From contig MU004181.1 in assembly GCA_010093605.1 (NCBI GenBank), positions 2,914,001 to 2,978,000 on the forward strand: a DNA stretch of 64,000 nucleotides, in the 5' to 3' direction. The position numbers were made by a program, and so were the translations under genes. Every line of letters begins with the position of its first letter. The stretch's first letter is position 1. The notes beneath the pieces were generated by a model. That model did not search any database. It was not told where the DNA came from and was given only the letters and a program-made list of their open reading frames with translations. Positions 61,116-64,000 of the stretch are shown piece after piece. The DNA comes from Lophium mytilinum (Eukaryota).

Positions 61116-62728
61116 CTATCCCGTAAGACCAAGAACAATTACTTCATCCTCCGTCTCGTTCTCAGCAAAACCTCTGTCATTTTGGTCGGCTTCTCTTTGG
61201 TATTTCTGACGGCTCGGAGTGTTGAAAACGTAAGGCTCTTCCGAGTCGTAGATTACGTGTTCAACCGGGGTCTCCTCACCATATAGAAAGGGGGGGATAA
61301 ATATCTCGCCCGTCTGAAAATGTTCCGCGTACAATTTGAAACTTCTGCCCTGGTCTTTCAATACAAAGGCGAACCTGTAGACGTCTTGCCGTCGCTCTTT
61401 GGCTTGCCAAATGCGGTGCAAATCTTCCATCTTGTATCCACGTGATGTCAGTATTCCATCGGCGAAGGTTTGAGCGAGAACGATGTCCACTTGACGAACA
61501 TGTCGCATTTTATCGGTTATCTTCACCAGCTCTTTCCACCCGGCTCTCCCTCTATGCGGAAGCGACCTCGCCTGTGGGTTGAAGCAATGGACGTAGTCGC
61601 TGAACAGCCTTAGCGTTTCTAAAGACTTTGGAGCTCCGTTCGTGGTTATATGTGTCGTGAGAATAGATTTGGGATCCAAGGCCAAGCACCGAAGGCTCTT
61701 GAAGTCGCGAAGAGTTATAGGCCCCAGCTGCGATGGATCGAGCCGCCAACGTCGACGGCCGACATGTCTGATGTACTCTAGGGACTCATGCTGTTGGTAA
61801 AGAGCGTACATGAACTCTCTGTCATAGTGTACCAAGGGTTTAGTAGGCGATTCGTGGAAATGATGTATTCTTTCCCCAAGGTCTATCTCCTTCAGGGCTC
61901 GAGGATACCGCAAGATGATGCCCAGTGCAATCGCGTTGATGTTACACTCGATGAAGGTAAGACTCCTGAGAGAGGTGGTCTTTTCAATATTGTCGATAGC
62001 CGGAGGAAGTGGCATGCGGGTTGTGATATCGGAGCAAGAAATCGTTAGATTCTGGAGCGTCGGGTGAAGAAAGATGACAGCATCGTCCCCTAACTCAAAT
62101 CTTTGCGTATTCCCATGAGTATGCAAGACGACTAAAATAGGTCAACTAATAGCCTTAAGTGTATGTATTAGGCAGGAATCTTACCAGTTTGAAGCTTGTT
62201 GAATAGAAGAGGCCCATTTGAATGCACTTCTAGGCTGGTTGCCCGATTGGCTGCTCGAAACAGGGGTGTGTACCTTATTCTGCAGCCACTCCTCCAAGGA
62301 ATCATCTCGTCACCTCGCCAAGGATTGTTGTTGATGCAGGGGGACTCGATTGTTAGATGACGAAGGTTTCGTAGATGTGGTAATATCCGGTCGATAGATT
62401 CGATACCACTCTCATTGTCTGATTGAACAATGCCAGTGTCGTCGACCACAACTTTGTGAATATACCGGACCTCAAAGTGCTGAATCTCTAAAGCACGCGA
62501 AGGCCTACGATCCAAGGCGGTGGCGAGGCATATAGCGTTGGCTCCAGTGCGGACAAGAACCGATCGGTAGATATATGGTTCAACAAGGGCTTGGAAGCGG
62601 CCACACGTTCTGGCAAGCGTGCAAAGGTCCTCGGATTGATCGACCCGCTCAATGACAGCAAGAATCATTTCATCCGCGAGAGAAAGAAATCGGCAAAAGC
62701 CAGGCTGAAATGATCCTGGCCCGGCCAT
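61116..62728 (-). CDS. F-box/LRR-like protein, 2 exons
   Basis: FLSLADEMILAVI..DLCTLARTCGRFQALVEPYIYR; LRR-like LRSLTFIEC; IPPFLYGEETP. Confidence 0.78.
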
Positions 62729-63674
62729 TGAGGCTGTGGTTGATTCGGAAAGACAATGCAATAGGTTCTCGCTGACGAACACGTTCTTAGAGCTTGAAAG
62801 TCGCAGGCTGGTAACGGCTAGTGTTGGAAAAAGGGTAGGTCGTACCAAATACAAGCACTTCTGGCGGACTGTTGGCCTACTAAGCAGGTGTGCTTTAGCC
62901 TGCTGAGATTTTTGTCCGTCTTTCGGATTGGCAAGTTTGTTGGTGGGAGGTGAAGGCAGTCGTGGAACGTCGCGAGTACTAGTGGCAATGCTTGTAAGGC
63001 AGTGTCAGCCAATCATGTTTTCGACGTCTCTACCTCCTCGGAATGGCTTCTGCAGCTGTCAAACCGCTCTGCAGCTCTGGATTCCTCAAATCGTCGAACA
63101 CTAAGTCACTACTTCCACCTTGACATTGAACCTCTGTGATAGATTATCGTCGGGCATGTATGGAATACTCCACCAGCGCGTCGTCACGATGATCAGAGCT
63201 CCGGCGCGCATCATGTAACTTACCTTCGCCAAAGTAGTAGTGAAAATCTAGCCTACCATCCTCCACTTCAGAGCCTCAAGCACTTATTGTGTCTAGAAGT
63301 TTGATGGTGGCCTAGATTATAGATTGGAGCTTAAAAGGACTTGGGATGGAGTACAATCCTCTAGCCTCTATATTGGCGATTTTCAATGCTCAAAGTACCT
63401 AGGTAGCTTCTCGTTCAGTGGGGCATCACAAGGGTGCAAGTACAGTCACCCTCAAACGGACTGTGCACTGACTGGGGCTGGCACAGTGCAATACCCTTGT
63501 TTTGCACACGGGTGGTGTCCAGTCCGTTCACGAAGAGGGGAGGGGTTGACAGTTGGAGGCCGTATACTTGAAAGGTATAAATAGTTAGCTCTCACACTTA
63601 GTCCACTTCATCTCACAGTTGCACATTCCTCCATCTACAACAAAGCAAACACAAAATTGAGTCTGTCTGTCGAA

Positions 63675-64000
63675 ATGACGAAGCCCATCACCCTCTATAG
63701 CCACGCCAGTGGGCCAAACGGTTGGAAGGTTGCCATCCTCCTTGAAGAGCTCGAACTCCCCTATGAGACGTCGTGGGTAGTGGTTCGATCAAATCAAGAA
63801 ACAGCCATTTATATCGATTAACCCCAATGGACGGGTCCCAGCCATCGAAGACCCAAATACTGGCGTCACGCTCTTCGAGGTGAGTTCCAAGTAGACATTG
63901 TTCAACTTCACGTAGAGACTGAAGCCACCACTAGTCTGGCGCTATAATCCAGTACCTCGTCGACACCTACGACAACACAAATAAGCTTGCATATACCACT
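63675..64000 (+). pseudogene. Glutathione S-transferase (Ure2/GST-II-like), partial at the window end, with an apparent frameshift near 63780
   Basis: TATAAATA at 63576; MTKPITLYSHASGPNGWKVAILLEELELPYET then, in another frame, FDQIKKQPFISINPNGRVPAIEDPNTGVTLFE/SGAIIQYLVDTYD. Confidence 0.8.

Overview
Eukaryotic (filamentous ascomycete, Pezizomycotina-type) genomic DNA: genes are split by short GT-AG introns with CTRAC-type branch points, so many genes are fragmented in the ORF track. Positions 1-27.7 kb hold mostly conserved genes: a KTR/GT15 mannosyltransferase, a DUF4604 protein, two convergent HET-domain genes (one decayed), a head-to-head URM1/ELP2 pair, F-box-like proteins, a TDP1-like phosphodiesterase, a Zn2Cys6 factor, an NAD(P)-binding protein and a secreted Ser/Thr-rich protein. 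The most notable element (29.2-43.1 kb) is a compact cluster with no synthase, bracketed by two PPR1/UaY-like Zn2Cys6 regulators. It contains a Dal5-type MFS permease, a metal amidohydrolase, a CYP504 (phenylacetate-hydroxylase-like) P450, an SDR and an isopenicillin-N-acyltransferase-like C45 Ntn hydrolase. A CGG-N6-CCG site lies in each of four cluster promoter regions, which suggests an uncharacterised aryl-acyl amide catabolic regulon. Positions 45-64 kb are accessory and rich in pseudogenes, with APH-like kinases, a tRNA-Gly(GCC) with an atypical acceptor stem, a decayed deaminase, a PARG-like enzyme, a MYND protein and a frameshifted GST. All calls come from reading motifs by eye; no database search was run and exon boundaries are approximate.
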